A stretch of 64,000 bases of DNA from the human T2T-CHM13v2.0 reference genome, Homo sapiens: assembly GCF_009914755.1 (NCBI RefSeq), contig NC_060948.1. One strand, written 5' to 3'. The position numbers and the translations under genes were made by a program. Below the pieces are notes generated by a model that did no database searches, was not told the origin of the DNA, and was given only the letters and a program-made list of their open reading frames with translations. Numbering within the stretch: position 1 is the stretch's first letter; every line of letters starts with the position of its first letter. Positions 25,521 to 42,700 of this stretch are shown here, one piece after another.

Positions 25521-28399
25521 CCATAAGTCTGGAAAATTGTAAGCTGTCACATAGGCAGATACAGTCATAATGACCAGTAGAATACCATGCATGTTAATAA
25601 ATAAACATTGTTTATTTATGCTTCAAGATTTAACTCTGACAACACCTAGATAAACAATACATTTTTGTTGATTCAATAAGATTGATTTAATGAATGAATA
25701 AACTTGCTTACTTTCAACAGTGGTCACATCACACTATGTGAATAGCAAAACTTAAGGGTTAGAGATGTGTCTGACATACAAGATATTAGTTACCCCCGTC
25801 TTTCTTATTTAAAAATTAGTATTTTAATTAAACAATCAAACTTAAGCAATATTACAAGTTAAGCAGGTAAATCTTATTTAGGAAGATCTCTCTTTAGTAA
25901 ATAAGTAGAATTGAATATTTTCCCTCACTTTTTCTCCTCTGTTAGCTTGAATCAGACCTAATTCATATACTTAAGCATGGATTGGATATTTATTACTATT
26001 AATTTCTACACTGACACTAGAGTCACCTTTGGGCTGACCCTCTGGTCTCAGATTATCATAAGATACAATATATTGTATTTAGTTCAGATGCTGAAAAAGT
26101 TTCTGCATTATGAATACTTATTTTAAGTATTTATTGCAACAATTATGCTAATAATGGATATTTTCAATGTTTATTTGTTCATTGTATTTTTAGCATTACA
26201 CATATTCTTATCAACCCAAATATCTGGACCTTTCCCCTTTGCTCCTCTGCTCCAAGATCCTCTGATTCCCTTTGTTCACATAGCAATAGAAGGAAAGAGA
26301 AGGAAAAAGAAAACACATTTTGTAGATTTTCTTCTTTTACACATTAGAACTTTTGTGTGTGTTTTTTTTTTTTTTTTTTTTGGTCTGGATTCTGTCTAAC
26401 CAGATGCTGTTTTTCCATTTGGCTCTAAAAATAATATTGCCCATCACTCATCAATTACAAACAATAAAAATTATTGAGTTGTTTTTACATTGAAATTCAA
26501 ATTGAATAACATACCCTTAGCTGCTGGCCAGCAACATACGAGGTCAAAGGGTGTAAGCAAATGTCTTCAAATGTATTTTTTTGGAAAAATTATGTATTCT
26601 TACTTATTAAGTTTATCTTCACATTATCTTTTCACTTGGATTACTTAAGTAACATTATCAAATATGATTAAGTATATTATTATATCATATGTAATTTCTA
26701 ACTGATTTTTGCAATATTAATTTATAGTAGCACTTAGCAAATAGGGCTTGTGTCAACCTTAAGAGGCCACAAAATATGTAGTAGACTCGAATAGTAAAGA
26801 TCTAATCACTCATTTTACAGATGAAGAAACTAAAGCTCATACAGAAAAGGCAAACTTGTCAACAGGAATTATTTTGAAGGAACTTTCGTATTTAGGTTCA
26901 GAAATTATTTGAGAAATGTGCTCTGAACGGGGTCTTTGAAAACAAGTCGGTGTAACGGAAGGTAAACATGCATAAACCAAAAGTATTAATAACTAATTCA
27001 ATAATGGTGAGTACTGGGGGGACAAGTAGCAGGTTTTAAAGCAAATATAAATTTCAGGTTTGTGTATTAGAAGATGGGGAGTCAGTTGAAAAATGGCATA
27101 AAGTACAATGTGACAATTACATAGTTTGTGACAATGAATGTTGACAAAATGAACTAATGAAGAAAGAATGGAACTAAAAACACCTGTGAGGAAATAAAAA
27201 CCAAAAACAATTTTTGATCCATTTGTAAACTTACTTGGTTTTGGAGGAAGACTACAGTAATGCAAATGAAGAGAATAAAGTGAGTCCGTAGGATGGGGTA
27301 AAGAAAAATACAAAAGGATTGTGTCATATATTCATATAAATGATTCAAATTCTAATAATAGATTTCATTCTTGGCCCTAAAATTAATCAGGCTTAATTTT
27401 TTAACAATAATAAATATTATATATAAAGTGGGAAAACCATTATCAAAGGTGACAAAGAGCTTTAAGGTGTAAAATATCTGCAATTTGGAATTTTTTGTGG
27501 GTGTAACATAAATATTAAACTAAGAGAACTCCATATTCATATTTCCTTGAAAATTATTGCTCAGAATGGTATAAAATTAATAAAACACGGTGGCCTTAAG
27601 AAACAAACAACAACAACAAATCTAATGTGTGTTTAAAGAGGCCATGTAAAAAGACTTACAACTTTTGTACTTTCTGTAGATAGCCAGTCTCCTAGAGCGT
27701 CCTGTGTTTTAGAACTGAGAGCTGGTCTGCATGATAGCACTTATTTGCAGTGCTGAAGGCTGTGAGAGTGGAGCAAAATCTCTTTGCTTTCACGTATCCT
27801 TTGTAGCAAAATATAGAGAAACTCTCTTTTGTTCTTCCCTGTGGTGTTTCCAGTAAGAAAGAAGCTTAGTGTTTCCCAGTATGCATTTGCACGTTGTTTG
27901 GATGCTAAGCACTCCACCTCAGAGAACCCTGAGATAGTGGGGAAGCTCAAAATCCAGTCACTGGAAGTAGGAAAACAACTCTGATATACTGTCCCCTTTA
28001 TTTTTGTTTTCCTTAATGGATAAGGCCCCTAAGGTATTCTCAACTCCAGTAATTGGGAAGAGCAAAGCAAAGCTACAACATCAGCAGGACTAAGGATATG
28101 CCTAATCTAAGAACTATCTTAATTGTGGTTAGGGATATAATTTCTTTGGAATTATTTACTTAGGTAAACTGCCAAATCTCATGACTGCTTCCAGGTCCTG
28201 AGATTTGGCGGTTTACCTGAGTAATGTATTTGTTACCTTGCTAACTCATCTTTATTTACTTGTTTTAGTAGAAGCTTTGGTTTCTGGAATTAGCGTCAAA
28301 ATTCCAATACTTATTTTATAATAACCCTTTTGGTTGGTTGACTTTTCTAGAAAAAAAATGTTGAAATGATAACCACGGGACATGTGACTGTAAATTTAT

Positions 28400-29090
<691 letters not shown>

Positions 29091-30171
29091 CATTCTCAGA
29101 ACTGTAATTTTCTCCTGATTATAAATTATCTACTCATTGTTATCTTTTTCAACATTTTCTCATTGCTAATAAAAACATATAATTATCAACTTTTTGTATA
29201 GAAGGTCATTGCTATATCTTTGAAAACTTCTAGTAATCTTAAGGATTTCTGAACAGAATATGTAAATTTAAAGGGAAAAACACATTTAGTCTTCTTAATA
29301 AAATCAGTGTTAATTGTGTAAAGAAAAACATCCTGCTTCTCTCCTGCAATCTGGCCTGGGCCTCCTCCTCTAAGCATTCCAGAATAAATCATATGGCTTG
29401 TCACCCTGCAGTGAATTTAAGAGAGCAACAATGATGATGGTGATGATAATGATGGTGATTACTAGAAATACAATAATTCATATCTTAATTTTTGTTTGAT
29501 TATAATTTTCTAACATTCTCTGGTGTACATCATGTATATTACATGTGCACACACAAACCCCTTTGAATAAACAGTATCACGTTTGCCTTTCCCTTTGTCC
29601 TAGCTTGAGTTCCCCCAGAAAACAAGCCTGAAATAAAAGAGGGGGGTATATGAGATACAGGACAAGTGATATATAGAAGGAAGAAGATTTACTATAACAT
29701 TTTATCAAGTAGGCCAGTTTAAAAGGGAGTTTGGGCAATTCTAGAGTTAATACTTTATGATAAAGAAACTTGTCTGTATGCACAACAACCTCAATTAATA
29801 ACCTTCAACCTTTGTGCCTGAAATAACACAGGTTCTCCATAGAGGTCACTACTTCTCTTGCAGCCCACCCAAGCAGAGGCCACTTATTCCCTCACACTCC
29901 ATATACTGCAAGGCCTGAGTGAGGTCACAGATTCTTCTTCCTCCCTTTCTAATATCATATCAAGTACACTTTCCTAAATTTACAACCCATTCCCATTGTT
30001 CTCACAATCTTCCTGTCCATTCCAATTCCTGACAATGATTACAGAGACTTTAACATTCACACAAAGGCCCACTAAATAATAGCAGTTCCTGAAATTCCTA
30101 GTTTCCAAAGACCTTCTCTTACACTTTAGTTCAGCCATCATCTTTCACTGTTTTCTCTTAACTATTTTGTT

Positions 30172-30465
30172 TCCTGATATAGGGTCTCACTCTGTTGCCC
30201 AGGCTGGAGTGCAGTGGCATGGTTATAGCTCCATGCAGTCCTGAAATCCTGGGCTCAAGTAGTCCTCCCACCTCAGCCTCCCATGTGGCTGGAACAACAG
30301 ATGCACGCTACCATGCAAAGTGAATATTTTATTTATGTACTTATTGTAGAGATGGGTCTTGCTATGTTGCCCAGGCTACTCTCAGACTCCTGGTCTCAAG
30401 CAATCTTTCTGCTTTGACCTCTCAAAGTGCTGGAATTATAGGAATAAGCCACCATGCAGGGTCCC
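30172..30465 (-). mobile_element. AluJ element
   Basis: Diverged reverse Alu. Confidence 0.85.
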
Positions 30466-30629
30466 CTTAATGATTTATTTTACTAATATGTTGAAGTACC
30501 TTGCCTATACATGTCACCTATGGAAGCCCAAACGTGGACCACCTCACCCATCCCCTGTCCAAGCTGTTTCCTAGACAGCTGGCTCATGTTTGAGTTTCAT
30601 AATGAGCACACTCATGTGTCAATACAGTG

Positions 30630-30930
30630 GAGACCACCTTTACTTAATAGCCAGTTAGGAACTGAAGTCCTTAGCCCAACAGCCCATGAAGAACTAAATC
30701 CTGCCAACAGTCAGGTGAACAAGCTTGGAAGCACATCTTTCCCCACGTGTTTTAAAATGACTGAAATCCTCGCTAACACCTTGAGTGTAATTTCGTGAGA
30801 AGCCTTGAGCCAGACATACCCTGATAACTGTGCCCAGTTTTCAGACCCACAGAAACTGTGAAATAATTAATGGTGTTTTTTAAAGCCACTAAGTTTTGCT
30901 ATAATTTGTTACTCAGTGATAGATCACAAA
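30630..30930 (+). mobile_element. MLT1 MaLR LTR fragment
   Basis: cccaacagcccatgaagaactaaatcctgccaac...gacccacagaaactgtgaaataat...taaagccactaagttttg. Confidence 0.75.
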
Positions 30931-32666
30931 TAAACTAGCTATGCCCCCTTACCAGAGTCATCTCTCCTTCTGGCAGCTAAAGTGCATGCTAGAAACTAAT
31001 GTTACATGATTAGGTAATTGGTAGGGGAGCAATATTAAAATCGCTAAAAAAGTCATCATAAAAAAACAGAGAGAGAGATCGAGTAGTGAAGGGTAGTCGC
31101 ATATAACCCATAACACACTCTGTAAATGCATCTAAATTTCTGCTTTCCCCACAAAAGTATTGTTAGTGCCCTGCCTACTTAAGGTTAGCTCTTAAGGACA
31201 TGTTGTTCTAGTCAAAGAGTATATTATGTGTAGAATTACTCTGAAGCATTATTTGAGCTCTTTCTGCAGTATGTGTGCAATTTGGTGATACTTCTTTGTA
31301 TTCCCATCTTTCCTCTGCTCATTTTAATTTAGTAACATTTTCATTTCATCATCTTGCTCTCACCAATAGGATGTATCATATCTCAAATACTTCTTTGCCA
31401 CATTTTTAATTCTGCTTTTGTTTACAAGTACTATGATAATGATACTAACAAAGAACAATCGAAGGGCCCAAACTTACACAGTTAACGGCTGTTCAAGAGG
31501 AGGTCACTATCACTATCCTTTGTTCCTCCATGGCCAAAGTCCATTGTTTCCACTGAGACAATTTAGATATTTTGATTTCTGTCTTCTTTCTTTGACAGTG
31601 TAGTCTTACGTTTTTATGAAGAGAAAGAAAATGTCTAATCTCACCATTTGATAAAATATAACAAAACCCATAAAATAAATAATAATATAAATCTCATATT
31701 TTTAATGGTACTTGAATAGTGTTTCTGATTTTAACATAAGCTAACACAATGTACATAATTTTGCACAACACATTTTGTACAGTGCATGTTGTCCAATGCA
31801 ATAACACAATTTTCTTTTGCGTTATTGCTTTGTACAAAAATGCAATAACACAAAAGAAAGTGTACATACTAATGGAAGTAAGCCTTGTATTATTCAGTCT
31901 ATCTAGGGGGTTAAGTCTCTTTGTTTTCACTCACACTGAATGAAACATTGCCAAGAGAAATAGATATAACTGTTACAAAATATCAGAAAACTACAATTTT
32001 TAATATCCAATGAACTGTTTTTAATGTCTGAATTTCATGTCTTTTATACTTTAGGTTTTTTTTTTTTTTAATGGAAACACTCTGTCAGCGGAGAACTATC
32101 AGGTCCTAGTGTTTTATCCATAGCACTGGTGAAAGTTCCACCTGACTATCAGGACCTACTGTTCTATCTGTAGCACTGGTGAAAGCTCCACCTGCTTACT
32201 TCAGACTTGTGAGAGCTTCTTTCCTTTGAGAGTACTGGCTGGTGCCAGAAGAAGAAACATCATGCCCTGGAAGAGTAGAGAGCAGCTGGTGTAGTTGTCC
32301 TGGTGTTTATGGGATATAATAGGTCTAAAGGCACATTTGGAACTGGTTGGGGATATAACATAATGCTTCTTACATTTATCTTTATAATCTACTTTCCTAT
32401 CAAGTTCATACTATATTCAGCAAATGCAGATGAAAAAAAAAAAAGCTCTGTTACCACAGCGGCTGAGAGTATGGAATCCATGTCCTAGTTAGTTAAACTA
32501 TTTTTTTAATCAAATGCAAAATAAATACACTGAGAAATCTGTTCTATTTTTTAATTTGAAAAATGAAAGACATTTTTGTAAGAATTAGCCAGGGGGAGCA
32601 TGTCTGGAAAGCAATCAACACAAAGTTCCTATTTGGGAGAAAACTAACATAATTGCCAAAAAAAAA

Positions 32667-32698
<32 letters not shown>

Positions 32699-34782
32699 AA
32701 ACTCATCTGTAGTATGATCCAAATTTTCAAGCCAGGGGTATTACAGAAAGGAATTTGCTACCAGAAATTTGCATTAGATGGTATTTCCACTATTCCAAAC
32801 TGTTTATTTTTGATGACATCTTCCTTTGTTTGGGCAGAAGTTTTATAGCACGTATTTAGTGAAGAGCTACAGAACCTTAATAAAATGAAATAAGTAAAGT
32901 ATCAGCATGGCAAAACTAAGGTCATTATGGTGACTTTAAAAATACTTTCCTACAGAAATCAGGTCTCAGGCAGCATTTGCAAGTCACAGAAATTATTCCT
33001 TAGTTTTAGATTGCCTACTGTTTTATACTCTCCCCTTTCCCATTATTTCTTATTATTTTTCCTGAAATGTTTTGGGGTCCATTGTCCACCCTCTCAGTGA
33101 ACATCAGCATTGTGACTCTCATAGGATATTCACATCTGCTTTATTCATTTATTAAGTGGTTAATTCAGGAGACACAACCATGGCCCATGGATTTGGGAAG
33201 ACCCTGGAAATATAAAGACATCCAGTTGACATGGCAGAGTGAACTTTTCCTCCAAAAACACAGGAATTCCGTGTAAATGAAAACTATTAAATATTAACAA
33301 TGGAACTCAAAAAAATCACATGTGGGATACGAAGCAAGATCAGAAAGCTCATGCAGTAAGCTAGAGCTGAAGCCAAGGTGGGCTTACTGTTTTCCAACAC
33401 AGATTTATACTGTGCAGGGTGAGATCATTAGTTCTGATTCCCAACTAAGGGTGCAAGATGAGGCTCTCATAACTTGAAAGGTACAAAACCTCCATATAAA
33501 CTCAGAAACTGTGAGACATGATCTGGTTATTCTCCTGGAGAATGGCATTGGCAACATTCCTTCTGCATATCACTCAGGGGTGGTGGGGGAGGGAGTGGCC
33601 TGTCAGCAATTGGAACACAAGCTCACCCACATGCAAATTAGAATTTTTACTTTATAGATGGGCATCTACTTCATTGACAGTAAATTTTGCCTCCTCTCAG
33701 AGGTAAATTGAAATGCGTGTCTGTACTAGCATCCAAAATGCAGAGTGCTCCCAGAAAAGACAGTGCCCACTAGAAATAATCACAGCATCAGAAGTCACTA
33801 AAAGTTACCATAATGAAGTAAACCTCCATGAAAAAGCCAATAGATGCACTAAAGATAAGCCGACTTGAATTCATTAATAGTATTTGAAAATGTGTTATCA
33901 AATATTATTAAATAACATTATCAAATAATGTTTTTAATTTTCATACCAATATTTTAATCTTCCCTCAATTTTCTATCTAAAAATATATAGACTCTTAATT
34001 CTCATTCCTAAACATGTCTATCCCATGGATTGCATTCAACTTCACTTACAGGAATGGTGTCAAATTCTGGAATTTTATGAAAGGTTTATATTTGCTGGCT
34101 TACTCATTTCCTCAACAGATATTTATTGAGAGTTATGCTTTATCAAGTACTGTGCAACATGCTAAAGATACAGCATTTAAAAAGCCAACATTAATGTGGC
34201 TAAAGAGGTAAGTGGAGTCTATGAGGAGGCAAGGAGGCAGGCAGGTCAACAGGTAGTGATCATTCAGCAAGTTAAATTAATGGCATAAACAAACAGCACA
34301 GTACACAATGTTCTTGTGTTAACCTCACTTATATAAACTGGGAGAGGCACTGAGCTTATCCTGGTCAAATTTTTGAAGTTAATGTGTTAAAAAATCTTAT
34401 AACAAAAAAAAATTAAGAATTTTCCTGAATAGAAGTCACTGGTCAAATTGGCCTCTAATGTCTGTTCTATAAACAAAACTCCAGAATAGTTGGCAATGTC
34501 TAAAGAATTCTTGGTAAAAAATATGGCATGACCCAAAATTTCTTACACCTAAATTTTCAAACTCATGGAAAATTAGTGGAAAGACAACTTTACATATACC
34601 AGAGCTTGTAAAGTGTAAACCATGCTACCCCATGAAAAAAAAAAGTTAATATAAAAGCACACTGCAGTTGAACCAGAGATTAACTGAAATAATGAATAGA
34701 AAGGTTGTGTTATAAAAAGATGTGATTCAAAAGAAAATATAGTTCACAAACAAAAAGAACACACACACACACACACACACAC

Positions 34783-35305
34783 ATGCTGCACATGGTTGTG
34801 GGTGCCTGTAATTCCAGCTACTCAGGAAGCTGAAATGGGATGCATGAGCATTTGAACCCAGGAGTTCAAGCCTGCAGTGAGCTATGATGATACCAATGCA
34901 ATCCAGTGTGGACAACAGAGTGAGACACTGTCTCAAAAAAAAAAAAGAGAGAGAGAGAGAAATGATAACTGCCTGAAGTGAAGGATGCCCTATTATTTAT
35001 TTATTTGTTTATTTTCATATTTATTTTTGAGTTGAAGACTCACTCTGTCACCCAGGCTAGGGTACATGGTGCAGTCTCAGCTCACTGTAGACTCAGCCTC
35101 CTGGGTTCAAACAATTGTCACGCCTCAGCCTCCCAAGTTAAGGTACTACAGGCATGCACCACCATGTCTGGGTAATTTTCTATTTTTGGTAGAGACAGGG
35201 TTTCCTGGTGTTGGCCAGGCTGGTCTTGAAGTCCTAGCCTAAAGTGATCTGACTTTCTCGGCCTCCAAAAGTGCTGGGTTACAAGCTTGAACCACAGCTA
35301 CCGAC
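34783..35305. mobile_element. Tail-to-tail Alu pair (+ monomer 34783-34945; - Alu ~35020-35305)
   Basis: Alu consensus blocks in opposite orientations; (CA)n upstream. Confidence 0.85.
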
Positions 35306-36759
35306 CTTTGTTTATTTTGTAGAGTGGCAAATGACTTCATACTAAAGATTTTGCCATGAAGACTGGTTTCTTCATTTGAGAACTGGGCAATATGTACTTG
35401 TTTTATTTTGCAATTTATATTATCTAACTGGTCTGTTTATATTAAACATGTACAAGTGTACATGTGTGTTGCTGCATGACTATCAATATAAAATCCCTAC
35501 TGACAAATTTCCTTGTACATTAGGAAAGTAGGGACGCAGAAGAAAGTTATCTGAAACAGTATTTAATACCAAAATGTAAGAAATCACCTAAGTGTGCACA
35601 AAAAAGGGCCAATAGAAAAAAGGGCACCCATAGTCAAGACCATTAATACTAATGTTAAATTTAAACTACTTACATTAAATTACATACAAATGCAGTAAAA
35701 GTATACGGACACTCACGGTAGTAAAAATGACCAAATTTTACTTAATTTTACTTTGAAACGTAGAAGCTAATGTAGTAGTTTTCTTTACTTCAAATTGTAT
35801 ATAGTATAAACAAGCAAGTTCAGCTTTGTTACTGGAAATAGGAATAATGCTGAGATAAGTAAATTCTAAACAGGTCAGAAAATAAAACAAAGCTGAGAAG
35901 GTTAAAATCTACCAACTTAATCCATCCTGCTGAGGGGAGAAGAACTCAAAAGCCATCTCCTGACTTCATGGAAATCAATATTTCTGCCGAAGTCTGGTTG
36001 CAGCTATAAAGGGTCACAAAAATTATCATCTCTGAATGATTTCTGCTTTCTTACTCAATGAGAAACTTTATGTTCTAAACTTGTAAACAGAGTATTTGCT
36101 ATTTGAAATGTTATCAGTGAAGAGAAAACTTAGCACTTTTGTCCGGCTGATTTATGTCACTTTCCACAGAAGAAAAACTGATTTCCAGCCTAGGTGCATA
36201 GCTTCAAGTAACAGGCATTTGCACTCAAATTTCCACACAAATGTCAACTTGTGATCTACAAGGAATAAAGACACTGTATTCTCTCACAGTATAAACACGA
36301 TGTTTTGGCCTTTCATACATCGGTGTACTTTACCTTGAACCTATTTAGGTAAATATCTATTCACCACCTAAAACCTGCTGTGTTTAAATATCTATTCACC
36401 ACCTTTCCCATAAATCCTACAGTACCTAGTTTTATTACTTTAGTTGCCACACAGGTATGGTCTACCTTACTCTACCAAGTCAATGCAATTTTATCAGGCT
36501 ATAGGTTTGTCCTATGCAGCCATAGCCTAGCTGGATTAAGTCAAAGAATTTCTCTGTCTAGTTCTTTTCCCCACATTAAATGCAACCAGCAAAAACATCT
36601 AATATGCCTAGAATTCCCAGAAATAAAACACATTTTCTGATTTGGCAAAATTGATTCCTGTAAATGATACTCATTTGAGAGAAGTGCCATTTTTCAAGTG
36701 ACTGATATAAAAATGGTAATGTCCATAATAATTTGTACTCTATTTTATTTTAAAAGGTT

Positions 36760-36790
<31 letters not shown>

Positions 36791-36793
<3 letters not shown>

Positions 36794-37075
36794 CAGGCAA
36801 GGTTGCTTATGCCTGTAATCCCAGCACTTTGGGAGGCTGAGGCTGCTGTATCTCAAATGAAACCAGCCTGGCCAACATGGCAAAAGCCCATCTTTATGAA
36901 AAATACAAAACCTCTGCCAGGTCTGGTGGCTTATGCCTGTAGTCCCAGCTACTCAGGAGGCAGGAGAATCACCTCCAGGAGGTGGAAGTTGCAGACAGCC
37001 AATATCACGCCATTGCACTCCAGCGTGCGCCAGAGAATTGGACTTTGTTTCAAAAAAGTAAAATACAATAAAATA
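36791..37075 (+). mobile_element. Alu with internal deletions, preceded by a long poly-T
   Basis: Alu consensus blocks. Confidence 0.85.
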
Positions 37076-37479
37076 AATGTGGATTTTTTTGAAAACATAA
37101 TAAGCCAGTTTTTATGTTATTTCTGAAATTTTTATCTGTGTCTATTCTTTTCACACAGAAAGGAGTATATAGACAAGCTTATACAAATGTTTCAACTATA
37201 TTTGAATTTTATTTGCACAACTGTCTGAATAATTTTAATACCCTAGATTAAAGTTAGAATACGTATATTTTACCCTTTGGTCTGTTTTTTTTATTATTTT
37301 AAGTCTGAGCATAATAACTCCCTAAAAAGATTTCTGTAGGGCCTGGTTTCTCCTAACATTATTTTCTTGGCTGTATTTTATCTAAGCTCATTATGCCAAC
37401 AGAATTTGTGCTGTGTCTTCAAAAATGACTTCTGAAAACCTTCCATGGCATCTGTTATGCCACTAACTCTAATGGGGTA

Positions 37480-40300
<2,821 letters not shown>

Positions 40301-40734
40301 ATCTGGACAGATAGCCACTGAATATTTACAACTTTGACAATCTTGTTTTCTGGGATATAGCAGACTCGAACATCTTTGGGGCTCCAGCCGCTGTTTCGCA
40401 GAGAGTGACCAGCAGTCCTCTGATTCCTTCTCCTCCTGTCCAAGTAATATCCATAGAAATAGTAAAAGAGTGGCATATTAGGCTTCATAACATTTTTAAG
40501 GCTGACCAAGATAAGCATTTGATCCAGATATTTATGAATTTATCTCATATATTTTATTTATTTATAGATCTCATTTCAAAATCAATTTTTGCTTGAGAGT
40601 TATTTCAACATATATCCAAATGTTAGGAGCTATGATACATAGATTTCAAGTTTAAAAGTCTATATCTGCTATTATTTTGGGTAAAACCCATCTAGTGCTT
40701 CTAAAAATAAGTATTTATTAGGCATGGCCACTGT

Positions 40735-41270
40735 AGTGGTCTAAAACACACTTTGAAATTCTTCGCAAACCCATTTGAAAATATTCCTGATGTGACTGAA
40801 CACAGTACTTGTTTCTAATGAATAGAAAACAGTGCAAGCTTTTTCTGGATATTGGGCCACCTCTGGCCTAGGTTAGAAAAGGTGACACAGCTCTGCCTAA
40901 GTCTCCTGCTTTCATGGGGACAAACCCCTCAGGAGCACCGGACCAGTACATCACAAAGTCTAACACCCTGATAACACTATGCAGAAGGGATGTCCCATGG
41001 AAAGACTCATTGAAATAGAAGGAGACACCAGAGGACCTCAGCAGTCCAGCCCCCGCTATTTGAGTCATGCTACCCACAGCACCAGGTAGATGAGAAGGCA
41101 CTTGACAATGTCCCCATCCTGAGCCATCACTAGATTGCATGCTCCTGAGTGCCCCTGAACCACAATCATTTGGCTTAGAGACTCTGGAAGATTGAAGAGA
41201 CTGAGAGTTAATAAATTATAATTATTGTTTTAAGCCACTAAGTTTTAGATAATTTTGAAAACCACTTTAC
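40735..41270 (+). mobile_element. MLT1 MaLR LTR
   Basis: 3' motif attattgttttaagccactaagttttag and MLT1-like body. Confidence 0.6.
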
Positions 41271-41719
41271 TCTCCTAGAAAAACTGAGTCATCTACTGAT
41301 TTGAGTACTGTGGAGAGCATTAAAGGCCAACATCATAAATGCCAATACCCTGGAAATGTCAAACCACCAAGACTCTTCTAAACACAACAGATTTTTATGT
41401 CCCTTTGCTATGGCTGGGGAATTATCTAACATGTATCTGATAGAGTCTTTTGAAAGCCTCTATTCACATCTCTTGGCTGCATATGGGTCAACTCTGGTCT
41501 GCTTTAATTCTAGTCAACTGCAGCAACTCATCTTTCATTTTAGGTCCTGGCCTACACTGATCTTTTGATCACTGACTGTGTCTTTGTATGTGTATGTATG
41601 TTTTGTGTTACCATATTTTATCTGAAGGGGCTAAATAATAGTGCTATAGTTGTTTTGTAAATATTAAGCATTCCAGGAAGACAATATTGCTTATCAACTG
41701 AGTTTTAAAAGAGATATGA

Positions 41720-42355
41720 GGCAGGGCATAGAGGCAATATTGTCTTCCTGGAATGCTTTATGTTTATGGATCTCTTGATGTCAGGAGTTTGAGACAAGCC
41801 TCGCCAACATGGCAAGATCCCATGTCTAATATCATACCAAAGCTGGCCAGGCGTGGTGGCCCATGGATGTAATCCCAGCTACTTGAGAGGCTGATGCAGG
41901 AGAATACATTGAACCCTGGGGGCGGAGTTTGCAGTGGAGTGAGATTGCACCACTGTGCTCACCACCAGAGCCTGACCACCAGAGCGAGATTCTGTCTCAG
42001 AAATAAAAATAAGATAAAATAATAGATAGGAGAGATGACTAAGGAGAGAAATGCATAAAACTGGGTGGGCATTGCAGCTCACTCCTGGAATCCCAGCCTT
42101 TTGAGAGGCTGAGGTGGGTGTATCACTTGAGGACAGGTGTTCAAAACCAGCCTGAGCAAATATTGTGAAACCTTGTCTCTACTAAAAATACAAAAAAAAA
42201 AAATAGCCAGGATTCATGTCACATGCCTACAGTCACAGCTACTTGGGAGGGTTTGAGTGGAGAACTGCTTGAACCTGGGATACGGAAGTTGCAGTCAGCT
42301 GAGATCATGCCACTGAACTCCAGCCTAGGTGACAGAGCAGGATTCCATTAAAAAG
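41720..42355 (+). mobile_element. Two tandem Alu elements
   Basis: Alu consensus at ~41720-42020 and ~42060-42355. Confidence 0.85.
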
Positions 42356-42359
42356 AATC

Positions 42360-42700
42360 AGAGAGAGAAACAGAGATAGAGAAGAAAGAAAAGGAAGGAA
42401 GGAAGGAAGGAAGGAAGGAAGGAAGGAAGGAAGGAAGGAAGGAAGGAAGGAAGGAAGGAAGGAAGGAAGAAAAGAAAGAGAAAGGAAGGGAGGAAGGTGG
42501 GAAGGGAGAAAGAGAGAAGAAGAGAAAGAGAGAACGAAAAAGAAAGAAAGAGAGAGAGGAAAATAAAGGAAGGAAGGAAAAGAGAGAAAAAAAGAGGAAG
42601 GAAGGAAGGAGCCGGGGGGTGCGGGAGGGACAGAGGGAAGGAAGAAGGAGGGAAGGAAGGAAGGGAGGGAGGGAGGGAGGGAGGGGAGAATGAAAGGCAT
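42360..42700 (+). repeat. (GGAA)n microsatellite within a purine-rich low-complexity tract
   Basis: About 19 perfect GGAA units from ~42392, then GA-rich degenerate repeats. Confidence 0.97.
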
